A DNA stretch of 64,000 nt from a virus (Duplodnaviria; Heunggongvirae; Uroviricota; Caudoviricetes): IMG/VR virus record IMGVR_UViG_3300035158_000899; one strand, written 5' to 3'. A program made the position numbers and the translations under genes. The notes under the pieces are model-generated. The model was given only the letters and a program-made list of their open reading frames with translations, was not told where the DNA came from and did no database searches. Positions 32,904-43,240 of the stretch are shown in pieces. Numbering within the stretch: position 1 is the stretch's first letter; every line of letters starts with the position of its first letter.

Positions 32904-33422
32904 AGTGTTGGCTGGCTCAAGCATCAGCATAGAAATCAGCATCACTGGGAGCACTGGATACTGAGAGATGATAGAAGCCTGACTGTCCTTGAAATGTCCA
33001 GAAAATATGCTGTTGAAATGCTCTGCGACTGGATTGGTGCTGGTGATTGTCATTATGTTCTGCGTTTTTGTCTGGTGCGGCCCAAGTCTTGAGTCACAGA
33101 ATGTCATTGTAGAAAGAGAGAAGACAGAGCAAATGAAGTATAAATGGAAGAGTGATAGTGTTAATCACAATGTTGAGATGATGAGATTGGAGGAGCAATG
33201 AGCCTGTATAGATATCGTCAGAATGGAGCTTGATGCTATGCAAGCGAGTGCACATGCTAATCCCTGGAATGAGGTAGCTCGTGATATGCTTGAAAAATAG
33301 GAATTATGAATGATGATGGAATGTCAGCAAGAGTTAAGGAATATTTGAATGGTTTAAGAAGCTTGAACGGGGAAGAAGCGAGAGCAATTTCGGACTGCTG
33401 TTCAAGAATATATGTATAAACC

Positions 33423-33611
33423 TTGATTGATTATGGAGAGAAGAGTACTAAAGGAGATGAAATGAGCAAGATAGGAGATTTCCTTGCATGGATGAATGCT
33501 GGTGGCCAGGTTGGTATGAAGTATAATAACTTTCGACAGAAAGACATATTTGAGAATAAGCTGATAGATGACCTTGAAGAGTACAATTTGCTTTCAAATG
33601 TTACGAGGTAG
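33423..33611 (+). CDS. Small hypothetical protein, paralogue of 11487-11669
   Basis: 'KIGDFLAWMNAGGQVGMKYNN' motif shared with the ORF at 11487. Confidence 0.5.
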   Translation: MIDYGEKSTKGDEMSKIGDFLAWMNAGGQVGMKYNNFRQKDIFENKLIDDLEEYNLLSNVTR

Positions 33612-33924
33612 AGGAGGAAGACGATGAACAATGAAGAAGCCATTAGACAACAACAGGAATGGGCACTCATTGATAGCATTGGACATTGGGAAGAAATTGT
33701 TGATGCTCTCAAGAAACATCTTCATAAAAGTGTGAAAGTTACATATCACACTAAGGTTTTCTTTGGAAAAAAGAGATTGTTTGATGCCGGAGACTCTGGC
33801 TGTACTTGTTGTGCGCTTGCAAAAAAGATGAACGGGATAATTTAAGTACAAAACAAGAAGAAAAAGCACAGCGGTTGATAGAAGAACTTCCTTTAGCCTT
33901 AAACCGAATATTAAAGAAGCTTAA

Positions 33925-34323
33925 GTGGGAAAATATAAAATGAAGTGTGTGTTCTGTAATATTTCGCGTACAAAAATAATTGTTGAGAATGATTTAGCGT
34001 ATGCTATTTATGATAAATTTCCTGTAACTAAATATCATACTTTAATAATCTCTAAAAGACATATCGAAAGTTATTTCGGACTTAATTATGATGAAGTACA
34101 TGCGTGTGATAATTTGTTGTCAAAGATGCAGCTTATGATAGAAGAAAAAGACAAAACAGTAAAAGGTTTTAATTTAGGAATTAATTGCGGAGAAGTGGCA
34201 GGACAAACCGTTTTTCATTGCCATATTCATTTAATACCCCGAAGAGAGGGTGATGTAAAAGATCCAGTGGGAGGAATCAGACATGTCATTCCAGGAAAAG
34301 GAAACTACAAAAAGGAAAACTAA
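33925..34323 (+). CDS. HIT-family (histidine triad) nucleotide hydrolase/transferase
   Basis: 'VFHCHIHLIPR' HxHxHxx histidine-triad motif; 132 aa. Confidence 0.7.
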   Translation: MGKYKMKCVFCNISRTKIIVENDLAYAIYDKFPVTKYHTLIISKRHIESYFGLNYDEVHACDNLLSKMQLMIEEKDKTVKGFNLGINCGEVAGQTVFHCHIHLIPRREGDVKDPVGGIRHVIPGKGNYKKEN

Positions 34324-34501
34324 AAAGAAGCAGCAGCCTAAGAAGAAAGAAAAGATGATCGAAATAATACCTTCCAGTAAACTGGTTTATGTTAAGGTTA
34401 GATCTAGCAAAATAGCATCATCAAAAAAGATGGACGATAGGGTGACCATTGATTATGATAAAGATAATCAAATTACTGGAATTGAAGTTTGGAGGTAAAT
34501 T

Positions 34502-34963
34502 ATGAAAGTAGGTTTTACAGGCACACGAAAGGGCATGACAGAAGAACAAGAGAAAATGTTTAAAGAGCTTATTAAGAAGTTTGATATAGAAGAATTTCAC
34601 CACGGTGTTTGCATTGGAGCTGATGGCGAGGCACACACAATGGTTTTCTTTAAGACTAAAGCTATGATTCATTTGCACCCGCCTAAAAATAAGTCTAAGA
34701 TGGTCGAACTTTATAAAGATACTGAAGAAGAAGCAAATAGATACGTTTGGTATAAACCAAAGGATTACTTAGCAAGAAACCATGATATTGTTGATGCAAT
34801 AGAGATTCTTATAGCAACACCGCAGGCTGAAGAAGAAATTTTACGTAGTGGCACTTGGGCGACAATTCGTTATGCAAGAAAGAAAAAGAGGCCTGTCTAC
34901 CTTATTAAACCGAACGGAAGTCTTTCAATTGAGGCGGTTAAGAAAAAGTTGGGTAAGAGATAA
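34502..34963 (+). CDS. SLOG-superfamily (DprA/LOG/YpsA-like) Rossmann-fold protein
   Basis: 'MKVGFTGTRKGMTEEQ...HHGVCIGADGEAH' matches the G.tGtR....Q / hG...GaD SLOG pattern. Confidence 0.35.
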   Translation: MKVGFTGTRKGMTEEQEKMFKELIKKFDIEEFHHGVCIGADGEAHTMVFFKTKAMIHLHPPKNKSKMVELYKDTEEEANRYVWYKPKDYLARNHDIVDAIEILIATPQAEEEILRSGTWATIRYARKKKRPVYLIKPNGSLSIEAVKKKLGKR

Positions 34964-34986
34964 AATTACCATTATATAGAGTTGAA

Positions 34987-35601
34987 ATGAAAAAAACAGG
35001 ACCAATAAGCTGGACGGATGCTGCGGTTAGACAAGCCAAGCGTTCTTTTGCTACAATTTCGGATGGGAATAATATTTTTATTATAGAAGATAATGTTTCC
35101 GCACAATTTCACAAAATTCACTGGGTTAGAGATAAATATAGGTTAAAGAGAAGAGAATGTGTAGGTTCCGAAAATAATTGTACATATTGTCAAGAGGGTG
35201 ACCGTCCAAGTGAAAGATATCAAATGACAGTAAGGCAATACGATCCTAAAACTAAGATGTGGTGTGGACCCATGTGTCTAGAAGTCGGTAAGATGATTTA
35301 TGAAAGTATTGCAGAGTTAATGCAACAAAATAAACATCCTGTAGCTGGTTCGGATTGGTGCGTTAATATTAAACGGGTACGCCCGCTTGGCGGGTCAGTT
35401 TTCCCAAGACATGAAGTAAAACCCATATCTGTGAGCAAAGCCGATAAATTAGGAGAGGTTAACAGACCTAATTACATAAGTAGAAATGAACCAAGTAGTG
35501 CAGATGATAGAAATGCTGCATCCGTACAATTAGAGCCTGAAGTTAAAGTTATTGATGATACTGAGGGCGTAATTACTTTTGAGTTCGATAATTTAGAATG
35601 A
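34987..35601 (+). CDS. Possible gp32-like single-stranded DNA-binding protein (His/Cys3 zinc subdomain plus acidic C-terminal tail)
   Basis: 'FHKIHW...ECVGSENNCTYCQEG' gives an H...C...CxxC arrangement, and the acidic tail is 'EPEVKVIDDTEGVITFEFDNLE'. The assignment is tentative. Confidence 0.25.
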   Translation: MKKTGPISWTDAAVRQAKRSFATISDGNNIFIIEDNVSAQFHKIHWVRDKYRLKRRECVGSENNCTYCQEGDRPSERYQMTVRQYDPKTKMWCGPMCLEVGKMIYESIAELMQQNKHPVAGSDWCVNIKRVRPLGGSVFPRHEVKPISVSKADKLGEVNRPNYISRNEPSSADDRNAASVQLEPEVKVIDDTEGVITFEFDNLE

Positions 35602-36291
35602 AGAAGAAAACAGATTTTTCAGAGGAATTAAGGGGGCTAGATGAGTTATTTTTGGAATACAAAGATATTTGTCGCAAAATAGGGATTGAACCTGATGCTA
35701 CAGCCGAAAAGATAATTAAAGCTAAAAAAGATACCTTGTTATTTGTATTAGGTAAAGCCACGCATTTATAAGAGGTGATGAGATGAATGAACTTAAATCA
35801 AATCAAGAGCAATACGTAAAAAATTATTTACGTACATTATTCCGCACAGCAGAGAATTTGAAATTGAAATACCCTGAAGTAAATGAACATATTAAAACTA
35901 TTTTTGATGCAGAATTACCGTGGAATATTTATGTAAAAATTAAAAATGAGTTCGGAGTAGATGAAAATTTACATTCGACAGAAGAGTTAATAGCAGTGGT
36001 AAAAGAACTAGGGCCAAAAGAAGAATGCCCCGAGAGGATAGAGGAAAAAATATTTCGCTATGAAATAGTAAAGAAGATTCCTTTTCGGCCTGGGTCACTT
36101 AATGAAGATGGTTACAGTTTATTGATGCAAATTGGTAAAGCTATTAGTAAATTCAATTGCGAATTAGTGATTGTTTCATATCCAGAAGGCAAATATGTTG
36201 AAATTAGGCAAGCGGTTTAAGGTGATAATTGGAAGTTGGATAAGAAAAGAAAACTCCGGGATATAGCAATATACAGAAAGGAGGTTTTGAA

Positions 36292-36750
36292 ATGATAACT
36301 AGTTTAATTAAGATTCTTGGGTTTGTTGCTGTTCTTTTTCTTGTAGGTGGTTTATTTTGGTGGTTTGGGCTTACGCTTATTCAAGCGATGGCTGGGTTTT
36401 TTGCGACAGCTAGAAGTATAGTTATATTCTTTTTTAAAGGCTTGGTAGCACCGATATTAGTAGTGTTTATCATTTTTAAAGCAGGTGTTGGTACTTACAA
36501 TTGGTTAACTACTGATAAACATCCTACACAGACTACTTTGTCTAAGATTGAAAAATTTTCTAAGGGTGTAGATAAAAGTGCTGCGAGATGGGATAAAGAA
36601 TACACTCCAACGATTGGTAATGGTATTAACAGTGTTTCTGAGGGATTTAAGAAATTTGATGAGGAGACCGCACCTAAAATTAAGGAGAAGATAGAAAGTA
36701 CAAAAGATAAGCTTCAAAAAAGCGAAAAAAAGGCGTCAAACAAAAATTAA
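36292..36750 (+). CDS. Membrane protein (3 TM helices plus charged C-terminal tail), holin-like
   Basis: Hydrophobic helices in residues 1-70 and a Lys-rich hydrophilic C-terminus. Lies about 1.1 kb upstream of the amidase and transglycosylase. Confidence 0.3.
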   Translation: MITSLIKILGFVAVLFLVGGLFWWFGLTLIQAMAGFFATARSIVIFFFKGLVAPILVVFIIFKAGVGTYNWLTTDKHPTQTTLSKIEKFSKGVDKSAARWDKEYTPTIGNGINSVSEGFKKFDEETAPKIKEKIESTKDKLQKSEKKASNKN

Positions 36751-37873
36751 TCGAAATCTATTAATAATTGGGTATATTGCAGGGACCAACAATGATAAAG
36801 ACAATTAAGAAGATAGCTGACAGTATAAAAGATAAGGGTTTAGAGAAAGAGGCACAAGAATTGTATGATGTTATTTTTGAATCAATTAAGATAGCACCGC
36901 AAGAGACCATCGCACAGTTACAGCAAGTAGGTGGCGATGATTTTGGTCGTTTTTCCTTGCCAGAGCTTGAAAATATTCATCGAGCATTGCTTCGTGTAGC
37001 CACTGACGTTGATGAGAAGATAAAAAACAGAAAACTGGCAGTAAAAAACCAGTAATTCCTTCCTTCGCTCTCCCCAAAATATTATTCCGCTTTCAGGTTG
37101 CAATCTATTACTAAATTTGTATTACTTAAATGAGGCGAATAGCATTATGCGTGAAGTAAAAGCTATTATGAAAAGTCGCAAGAGCGGAAAGCTTATAAAA
37201 ACTGTTTTTTCTGATTTAATGTGTCTCAGATCTTATATCGAATATGGAAGAAAGCATTACAATGGAATGTTTTTATCTACAAGTTTAATTGCGGAAGTAT
37301 TGATTTCGGAATATCTATTGCTGTTTAAATTAGAAGAAAGTCAAGAAAAAACCGAACTTAGATTTACTAAAAAAGACGACATAGAAAGCTATATACTAGC
37401 GTTATTGATGTTACCCAAACAAGGAATTATTTGCAGAATGGAAGAATTATTGGATACAGTAACTCTTCAAAAAGAAAAGGATGGGATAACGTGCTTTATT
37501 CAATATTGTTATAGCATGGCAGGCAATATTGGCAAAAGCACTGATGAGTTTCATTCGGTGTATAACTCATGCGAAAAATAAGTCAAGATAGAACATTAAT
37601 TGCTTATAGAGGTTTAGATGAAACAACCTATAATCGCGAGAGAACTATTGAAGGATTAGCCTCAAAAAAATTAATAGTGACCCCTAATAAGCAATTAGCA
37701 GCACGCTCAGCAGCATTTACAGATACTGGAATACCTAAAGACAAACCTGTAATTGTTAAAGTTCAACTTAGTTATAATGATGTTATCCCTGCAACGTGGA
37801 ATAATGAACCAATCTATATTGTCAAGGGCGGGTTTATACCAAAAGAAAACATTTTAAGCGTAGAGGGTGTATA

Positions 37874-38671
37874 ATGCCAAGAAAAACATGGCTTGATGAC
37901 AAAAAACCGTGGCTTGATGATCTTAAACGTTTTGTATACGAGTATGCTAAGTCTTTAGGTTTTTTTAATAAGTTTCCAGAGAAAGAAAAAAAGAAGGCAA
38001 AAAAGAAAGTTGGGAAAATCGTGGAAAATACACTTAAAGAAGCAACTAAAAAGAAGAAACCAAAAGAAAAAATTAAGATAAGTCTCTCGCCAGGACATTG
38101 GGGAAAGAGAAAACCTGATAGTGGTGCAATAGGTTTGTATGGGACAACTGAGGCTGACATCGCTTATCGAGTAGCTGTTTTGTTGGAAGAACAGATGAAT
38201 GCCACCAGGCAATTTGATGTTAAAATACAAAAAGGCAATTATAGCGATAGAATTAGAAAAAGTAACACCCGTAAAGATAAATATTATATTCCAATTCATT
38301 TCAACGCGATTGATTTACTCGGTGATGGCAAAATAACGGAAGAAGTTGAAGGCAAAAAGAATGGGTGGTTATTGTTTGTTTATAAGCAAGAAAAAAAGAG
38401 AATGGCGTTAGCAAGAAGTATTTTAGATGTTTTAAATAAAAAATTTAAGCTGGGTTGGCAAGATTGGGACAAAGTTAAAGACGGTATAATGGTTAGGAAA
38501 GAAGGTAGAGGCGCTTATGAAATTAAAACCCCGAATGCTATTACACTGTTTTTAGAACTCGGCTTTATTAGTAATCCTTTTTGGGAAAAGAAGTTAATGA
38601 AAAAAAATACATTAACCGAACTGGCTCGTTGTATCACGCTTGGCTTCTCAAAATTCCTCCAAAAAAATTAA
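37874..38671 (+). CDS. N-acetylmuramoyl-L-alanine amidase (Amidase_3 family) with a Lys-rich N-terminal extension
   Basis: 'LSPGHWGKRKPDSGAIG' (GHGG..DpGA-like), Glu in 'GTTEADIAYRVA', and 'IPIHFNA' (SIHaNa-like) provide the Zn ligands and catalytic Glu of Amidase_3. Confidence 0.6.
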   Translation: MPRKTWLDDKKPWLDDLKRFVYEYAKSLGFFNKFPEKEKKKAKKKVGKIVENTLKEATKKKKPKEKIKISLSPGHWGKRKPDSGAIGLYGTTEADIAYRVAVLLEEQMNATRQFDVKIQKGNYSDRIRKSNTRKDKYYIPIHFNAIDLLGDGKITEEVEGKKNGWLLFVYKQEKKRMALARSILDVLNKKFKLGWQDWDKVKDGIMVRKEGRGAYEIKTPNAITLFLELGFISNPFWEKKLMKKNTLTELARCITLGFSKFLQKN

Positions 38672-38728
38672 TGTCTAATTCACATTAAAAAAACTGTATT
38701 TATATAAGTATAACAAATAAAAGGAGTT

Positions 38729-39454
38729 ATGCAAATGACTTCAGAAGATAATGATATCAAATTTTGGAAGAAGGTAACAATAATTTGTGCCACAAGTGCG
38801 ATTCTATTGTTAACCTTGTTTGTTAATAAGTCATTTAGACATAAAGAGTTACGTAATTCGGTAAAGGATTTGCAATACACAGTGTGTGATTTGCATGCTT
38901 CAGTGAGTGAAGATGTACTTCGGAGAGGCACCATTAGAAAAGTAGTGGACATTATTAGGACAGTTCGCCCTGAAGTAGAACCGATTGTAGCACATAAAAT
39001 TGCCGAGGAAATTTATCATCAATGCAATCTTTACGAAGAGATCAATGTTGATTTGGTTTGTGCAGTGATTTTCATTGAGTCAAGATGGAATACAGGGGCG
39101 ATATCTAAGAAGAAAGATGAAGATGGAAATGAGATTATTGTAGGCGCAAGAGGCCTAATGCAGATAATGCCCGTGACTGGCATGTATGTAGCACAAGTGT
39201 TAAATATTGCTTGGCAGAATGAAAGTATATTGTTTGATCCCATATATAATCTTCGGATGGGCTGCAGAATTTTGGCGGATAACGTCAAAGCGTACGGATT
39301 AGAAGGTGGTCTCGTGGCTTACAATGCTGGAGAGAAATATGCACCAATCTGGGTGCAATCTGCGGGCAAGAGTAAGTATATTCCTAATGAGACTCGTGAT
39401 TATGTTCCAAGTGTTTTAAATAAATTAGAGAATATCCGTACATCAAGCAGTTAA
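38729..39454 (+). CDS. Membrane-anchored SLT-domain lytic transglycosylase
   Basis: N-terminal TM helix; 'AVIFIESRWNTGAIS...GARGLMQIMPVTG' is the SLT signature. Confidence 0.7.
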   Translation: MQMTSEDNDIKFWKKVTIICATSAILLLTLFVNKSFRHKELRNSVKDLQYTVCDLHASVSEDVLRRGTIRKVVDIIRTVRPEVEPIVAHKIAEEIYHQCNLYEEINVDLVCAVIFIESRWNTGAISKKKDEDGNEIIVGARGLMQIMPVTGMYVAQVLNIAWQNESILFDPIYNLRMGCRILADNVKAYGLEGGLVAYNAGEKYAPIWVQSAGKSKYIPNETRDYVPSVLNKLENIRTSSS

Positions 39455-40020
39455 TGAAAAGCATAGGCATTGATCTGGATGGAGTTGTATTCGATACGTG
39501 GCCCTTTTTAGTAAAAGAATTCAATAAGAAGTTTGATTTACAAAAGGAGCCAAAGGGAAATGAATTTTTTTTAGAAAGGGTGTTTGGCCTTACAAAATCA
39601 AAAGTAAACAAGATACTTAAACAAATTGATTTTACAGCTGTACCTGTTATTGAAGATGCTATTGAAGTTATAAATGGCTTCTATAAAGAAGATTATAAAA
39701 TCAGTTTTATCACTTCACGAGATCCTATCCACAAAGTCCCCACCAGAAGAAATCTTGAAAGATTAGGTATTAAGTTTCATCATTTGCTTTTTCAATCAAA
39801 CAAGGTTCCAGCGGCTAAAAGGTATAAAATAAGGTTCTACATTGATGATGATAACTCCATCATCAATAAGATGGCTGAAAGCGGAGTATACAGTTTTCTT
39901 TATTCTCATGATTATAATATTGATAGAGAAGTAAGAAAAGAAGTGATTAGAGTACACAATTGGAATGAGATAGAAGAATCGATTCTTAATTTAACTTCGA
40001 TTTTAGAACAGTTAATCTAA
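39454..40020 (+). CDS. HAD-superfamily 5'(3')-deoxyribonucleotidase-like protein
   Basis: N-terminal 'IGIDLDGVVFD' DxDG(V/T) HAD motif I. Size and layout resemble NT5C/phage dNMPase. Confidence 0.55.
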   Translation: MKSIGIDLDGVVFDTWPFLVKEFNKKFDLQKEPKGNEFFLERVFGLTKSKVNKILKQIDFTAVPVIEDAIEVINGFYKEDYKISFITSRDPIHKVPTRRNLERLGIKFHHLLFQSNKVPAAKRYKIRFYIDDDNSIINKMAESGVYSFLYSHDYNIDREVRKEVIRVHNWNEIEESILNLTSILEQLI

Positions 40021-40086
40021 AGAATTTTAACGAGTTCGACAGATTACTGGTGGGGAAACGTTATTTGTTTCGTATAACTGATTATA

Positions 40087-40677
40087 ATGACTGTGATTAG
40101 CCAATATTCTCAAAAAGAAGTAGAGGAGATCAATAGGCGACTAGATATCGTTAAGTTAGCCGAAAATTATGGTCTAGAACTTACTCCTGTAACAATAGAT
40201 AGATATAAAGCTCATTGTGTTTTTCATCAAGAAGATACTCCGAGTTTATTTTTTTATCAAGATAATGATGACAATATAGATTCATACCATTGCTTTGGTT
40301 GCGGGGAAACAGGTACAGGAATTTGGTTTATTAAAAATTATGAAAAAGTATCCTTTACATTAGCAGTTGAGAAAGCAAAACACATCACTGGATATGCTAC
40401 AAAAACTTTTAATAACAATATCGAAGAGATTGTATACTTATTAAATAATGCTAATAATAGTATTGTTACCAGAAGGAACAAGAATGTATTCTTTTTTTAT
40501 TTAGGCGTTATGTTTAGAGATTTTTTAAAAGAAAATAACAATCAAAAAGTTAAAGAGTGGGTTGATGAACAGTTTGCAGAAATAGATTCTTTTTTTGAGG
40601 AAGAAAATTCCTTAGAAGAGGTAGAGTATTTTTTTAACAAAAAACTAAAAACCTTACAGGAGGTTAAGCATGAATGA
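40087..40677 (+). CDS. CHC2 zinc-finger protein (DnaG-primase N-terminal zinc-binding domain only)
   Basis: 'KAHCVFHQEDTPSLFF...YHCFGCGETGTGIWFI' matches the primase CHC2 finger (CPFH.EkTPSf...yhCFGCG.~G). No TOPRIM region follows. Confidence 0.55.
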   Translation: MTVISQYSQKEVEEINRRLDIVKLAENYGLELTPVTIDRYKAHCVFHQEDTPSLFFYQDNDDNIDSYHCFGCGETGTGIWFIKNYEKVSFTLAVEKAKHITGYATKTFNNNIEEIVYLLNNANNSIVTRRNKNVFFFYLGVMFRDFLKENNNQKVKEWVDEQFAEIDSFFEEENSLEEVEYFFNKKLKTLQEVKHE

Positions 40678-40953
40678 TGCACGCGTTACTAAAAATCAAA
40701 ATCTTGGTGAAACAATCCAATTGGATATTCCTGAGATAGAAACAGCTTTTGCTGTGTTTGTACCAAGAGACGGCGGGAAGACAATACTGCAAACAAAACT
40801 TCCCAAAGTCCCAGTGAAAAGAGAAGCCACTTACTGGGATGTGTTAAGGGTCTTAGAAGATATCAAAACGCAATTGACAACAGCAATATTGGCAGAGGAG
40901 ACCGCCACAAGGATTGAAAAGAGAAGTAAACAACCGAATGATGGTAATGTTTA

Positions 40954-42156
40954 ATGAAGATATTGCATGCTGCCGATCTTCATTTTGGCATAACACTTTA
41001 CGGTGTCTTAAACAAGAATTCGGGCTTAAATACTAGATTAGAAGATTTTATCAATAGCTTTAATCAGGTTATTGATTATGCTGTTGATAATAAAATTGAT
41101 CTATTTGTTTTTGCTGGTGACGTTTATAAAACGCGTTATCCTACCCCGGTGCTTGAAAAAGTATTCGCTGAATGTGTTTATCGGTTATACAAAAATAAAA
41201 TTCGTACTTATATAGTGCTTGGGAATCATGATTTAAGATTTCAGGAAGATTCGGCGCATGCAGTTTCCGTTATTGAAGAATTGAAGATGCCCTATATTAA
41301 GATTGTTTCCAAACCCCATGCTGAATTATTTGTTTCAGAAAAAGGTGAACAAGCTTATATTGTTGCCGTACCTTATCAGACATATCGTAGTTTAGGTCTA
41401 CGTGATAATATAGAAGCTTCTGCGGTTATTTCAGAAAGTATCAAGCAGATAATCAGTGAATTGCCAAAAGGGAAACCAATTATTGTTGTTAGCCATTTTA
41501 CTGTTGAAGGAACTAAATTACAAAATGTTACCGTTGCTTCGCAGCTTGCACAAGCAGTAAAGGCAGGGTGGTCTAATGAACCTGTAATATCTTTGGATGC
41601 TTTTGATGGAGCGGATTATGTCGCGTTAGGCCATATTCACAAACATCAAGCATGGCGAAGAAACGGAACAATTATTGCGTACAGTGGAGGTATTGACAGA
41701 TGTAAATTTGATGAGCAAGGTGACAAGGGGTTTTTAGTGTATGATACCGATTCCAAACATTTGCAATTCGTTAAGGTGCGATGCAGGGATTTTATTGAGG
41801 TTAAGACTGATTTGACGAATTCAACGAATGTTGTTGAAGATTTACGCAAAAATGTTAAAGCGCATATTAAGCCCAATGCCGTGGTAAAAAATAAGATTTT
41901 AGTTAATGAACGTGATAGATTGTTAATTAATTCACATACAGTTTCTGATTTAATGAAAGAAGTAACTGATGCAGGGTTTGAGGTTGAACCTAAAAAAGAA
42001 GAAAAACAAGAGGATGCGAACGAACAAAAGACCGCAGGAGAGGTTGAATTGTTAAGTTCTTTAGAAAAGTGGTTAAGTTCCAAGCAAGAATTTGTATCAT
42101 ATAAAAAAGAACTTTTAAAAAGAGCAATGCAGTTAAAAGAAAACTTAGGAGGATAG
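40954..42156 (+). CDS. sbcD: SbcD/Mre11-family DNA repair nuclease (T4 gp47-like)
   Basis: N-terminal 'MKILHAADLHFG' and the calcineurin-like phosphoesterase motifs (GDVYK, GNHD, HFTVEG, GHIH). Confidence 0.8.
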   Translation: MKILHAADLHFGITLYGVLNKNSGLNTRLEDFINSFNQVIDYAVDNKIDLFVFAGDVYKTRYPTPVLEKVFAECVYRLYKNKIRTYIVLGNHDLRFQEDSAHAVSVIEELKMPYIKIVSKPHAELFVSEKGEQAYIVAVPYQTYRSLGLRDNIEASAVISESIKQIISELPKGKPIIVVSHFTVEGTKLQNVTVASQLAQAVKAGWSNEPVISLDAFDGADYVALGHIHKHQAWRRNGTIIAYSGGIDRCKFDEQGDKGFLVYDTDSKHLQFVKVRCRDFIEVKTDLTNSTNVVEDLRKNVKAHIKPNAVVKNKILVNERDRLLINSHTVSDLMKEVTDAGFEVEPKKEEKQEDANEQKTAGEVELLSSLEKWLSSKQEFVSYKKELLKRAMQLKENLGG

Positions 42157-42157
42157 T

Positions 42158-43240
42158 ATGGGTTTCGATAATTTTGTTTTTGCTCAAGAAGATGTTGCAG
42201 AAACAAAAGATTTCAAAGAAGCTATTGAATGGGCTGAAAATCGTAAAAAAAATATCATACCTAAGCCTGCCCAAAATGTTAAAGTGAGTGAAAAGGGCGA
42301 AATAGTTTTAGAAGGGGAAGCGATAACGACAACAGAATGGGCGTTTGTTAATTTTTGTAGATTATTAGGGATTCCAAAGCCTTTTGCTTATGCAATACCA
42401 GATGATTTACTTTTGACTATTACACATAGGCTTGCTACTATAGATCCAGACAGGTACATGAAATTTCATAGAACAGAAAAAGGAATTATTGGTGTCACAA
42501 GTGATAGATATGATCCTGTTGATGTAAAAGATTGTTTAATTCAGATAGCCGCAACAAATGATGAAATGAAAGAGCTTGAATTACAAGGTATAAATTTAAG
42601 TGACAGAGGCATAGATGTAAAGTATTTGAACAATGAGTTACCAAACCTCGAACCTGAAGTAGGGGATATAACAAAAATAGGATATTCTGTTAAAGATTCT
42701 GATACTGGTTCAGTTGATTTGCAAGCAAGAGCATATCTTTACACATTACAATGTGAAAATGGAGCAGTGTTACCAAATGAATGGGCATGTTTGAGGAGAC
42801 TTAAAAATAAGAAACTCAGTAAAGAAACTTCTGTACTTAATTTTATGACGAGGTTAAAGAATTTTCAAATGAAAACAGATAGGTTAGCTGAGCGATTTAA
42901 TTTAATGGGAAAGACACCAATTACTGATAAATGTTACTATAAATATTGGAGATCGCTTAGAAGTATTACCGGGGAGTCAAGAGCAGATGATATTTTTGAA
43001 ACTGAAAAGGATAAAAGGAAAGAGATAGCGAAAAAGATTAGATGTAGAGACAGGGCAAATAAAGAGTGCATATTTTCTATGGCACCTGAGCAACCAGATG
43101 AAGAAATGGATATGACTTATTACAAGATATATTCAAGGATAACGAATGCCACTAAGCGTTATAGATTAGATAAGTTTGATAAACTCCAAGAGCTTGGTGG
43201 GAGAATGCTCACAGATATGTTGGCGTATTCTAAGAATTAA
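42158..43240 (+). CDS. Hypothetical protein inserted between sbcD and sbcC
   Basis: 360-aa ORF with an SD, starting 1 nt after the sbcD stop. No recognisable motif. Confidence 0.5.
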   Translation: MGFDNFVFAQEDVAETKDFKEAIEWAENRKKNIIPKPAQNVKVSEKGEIVLEGEAITTTEWAFVNFCRLLGIPKPFAYAIPDDLLLTITHRLATIDPDRYMKFHRTEKGIIGVTSDRYDPVDVKDCLIQIAATNDEMKELELQGINLSDRGIDVKYLNNELPNLEPEVGDITKIGYSVKDSDTGSVDLQARAYLYTLQCENGAVLPNEWACLRRLKNKKLSKETSVLNFMTRLKNFQMKTDRLAERFNLMGKTPITDKCYYKYWRSLRSITGESRADDIFETEKDKRKEIAKKIRCRDRANKECIFSMAPEQPDEEMDMTYYKIYSRITNATKRYRLDKFDKLQELGGRMLTDMLAYSKN

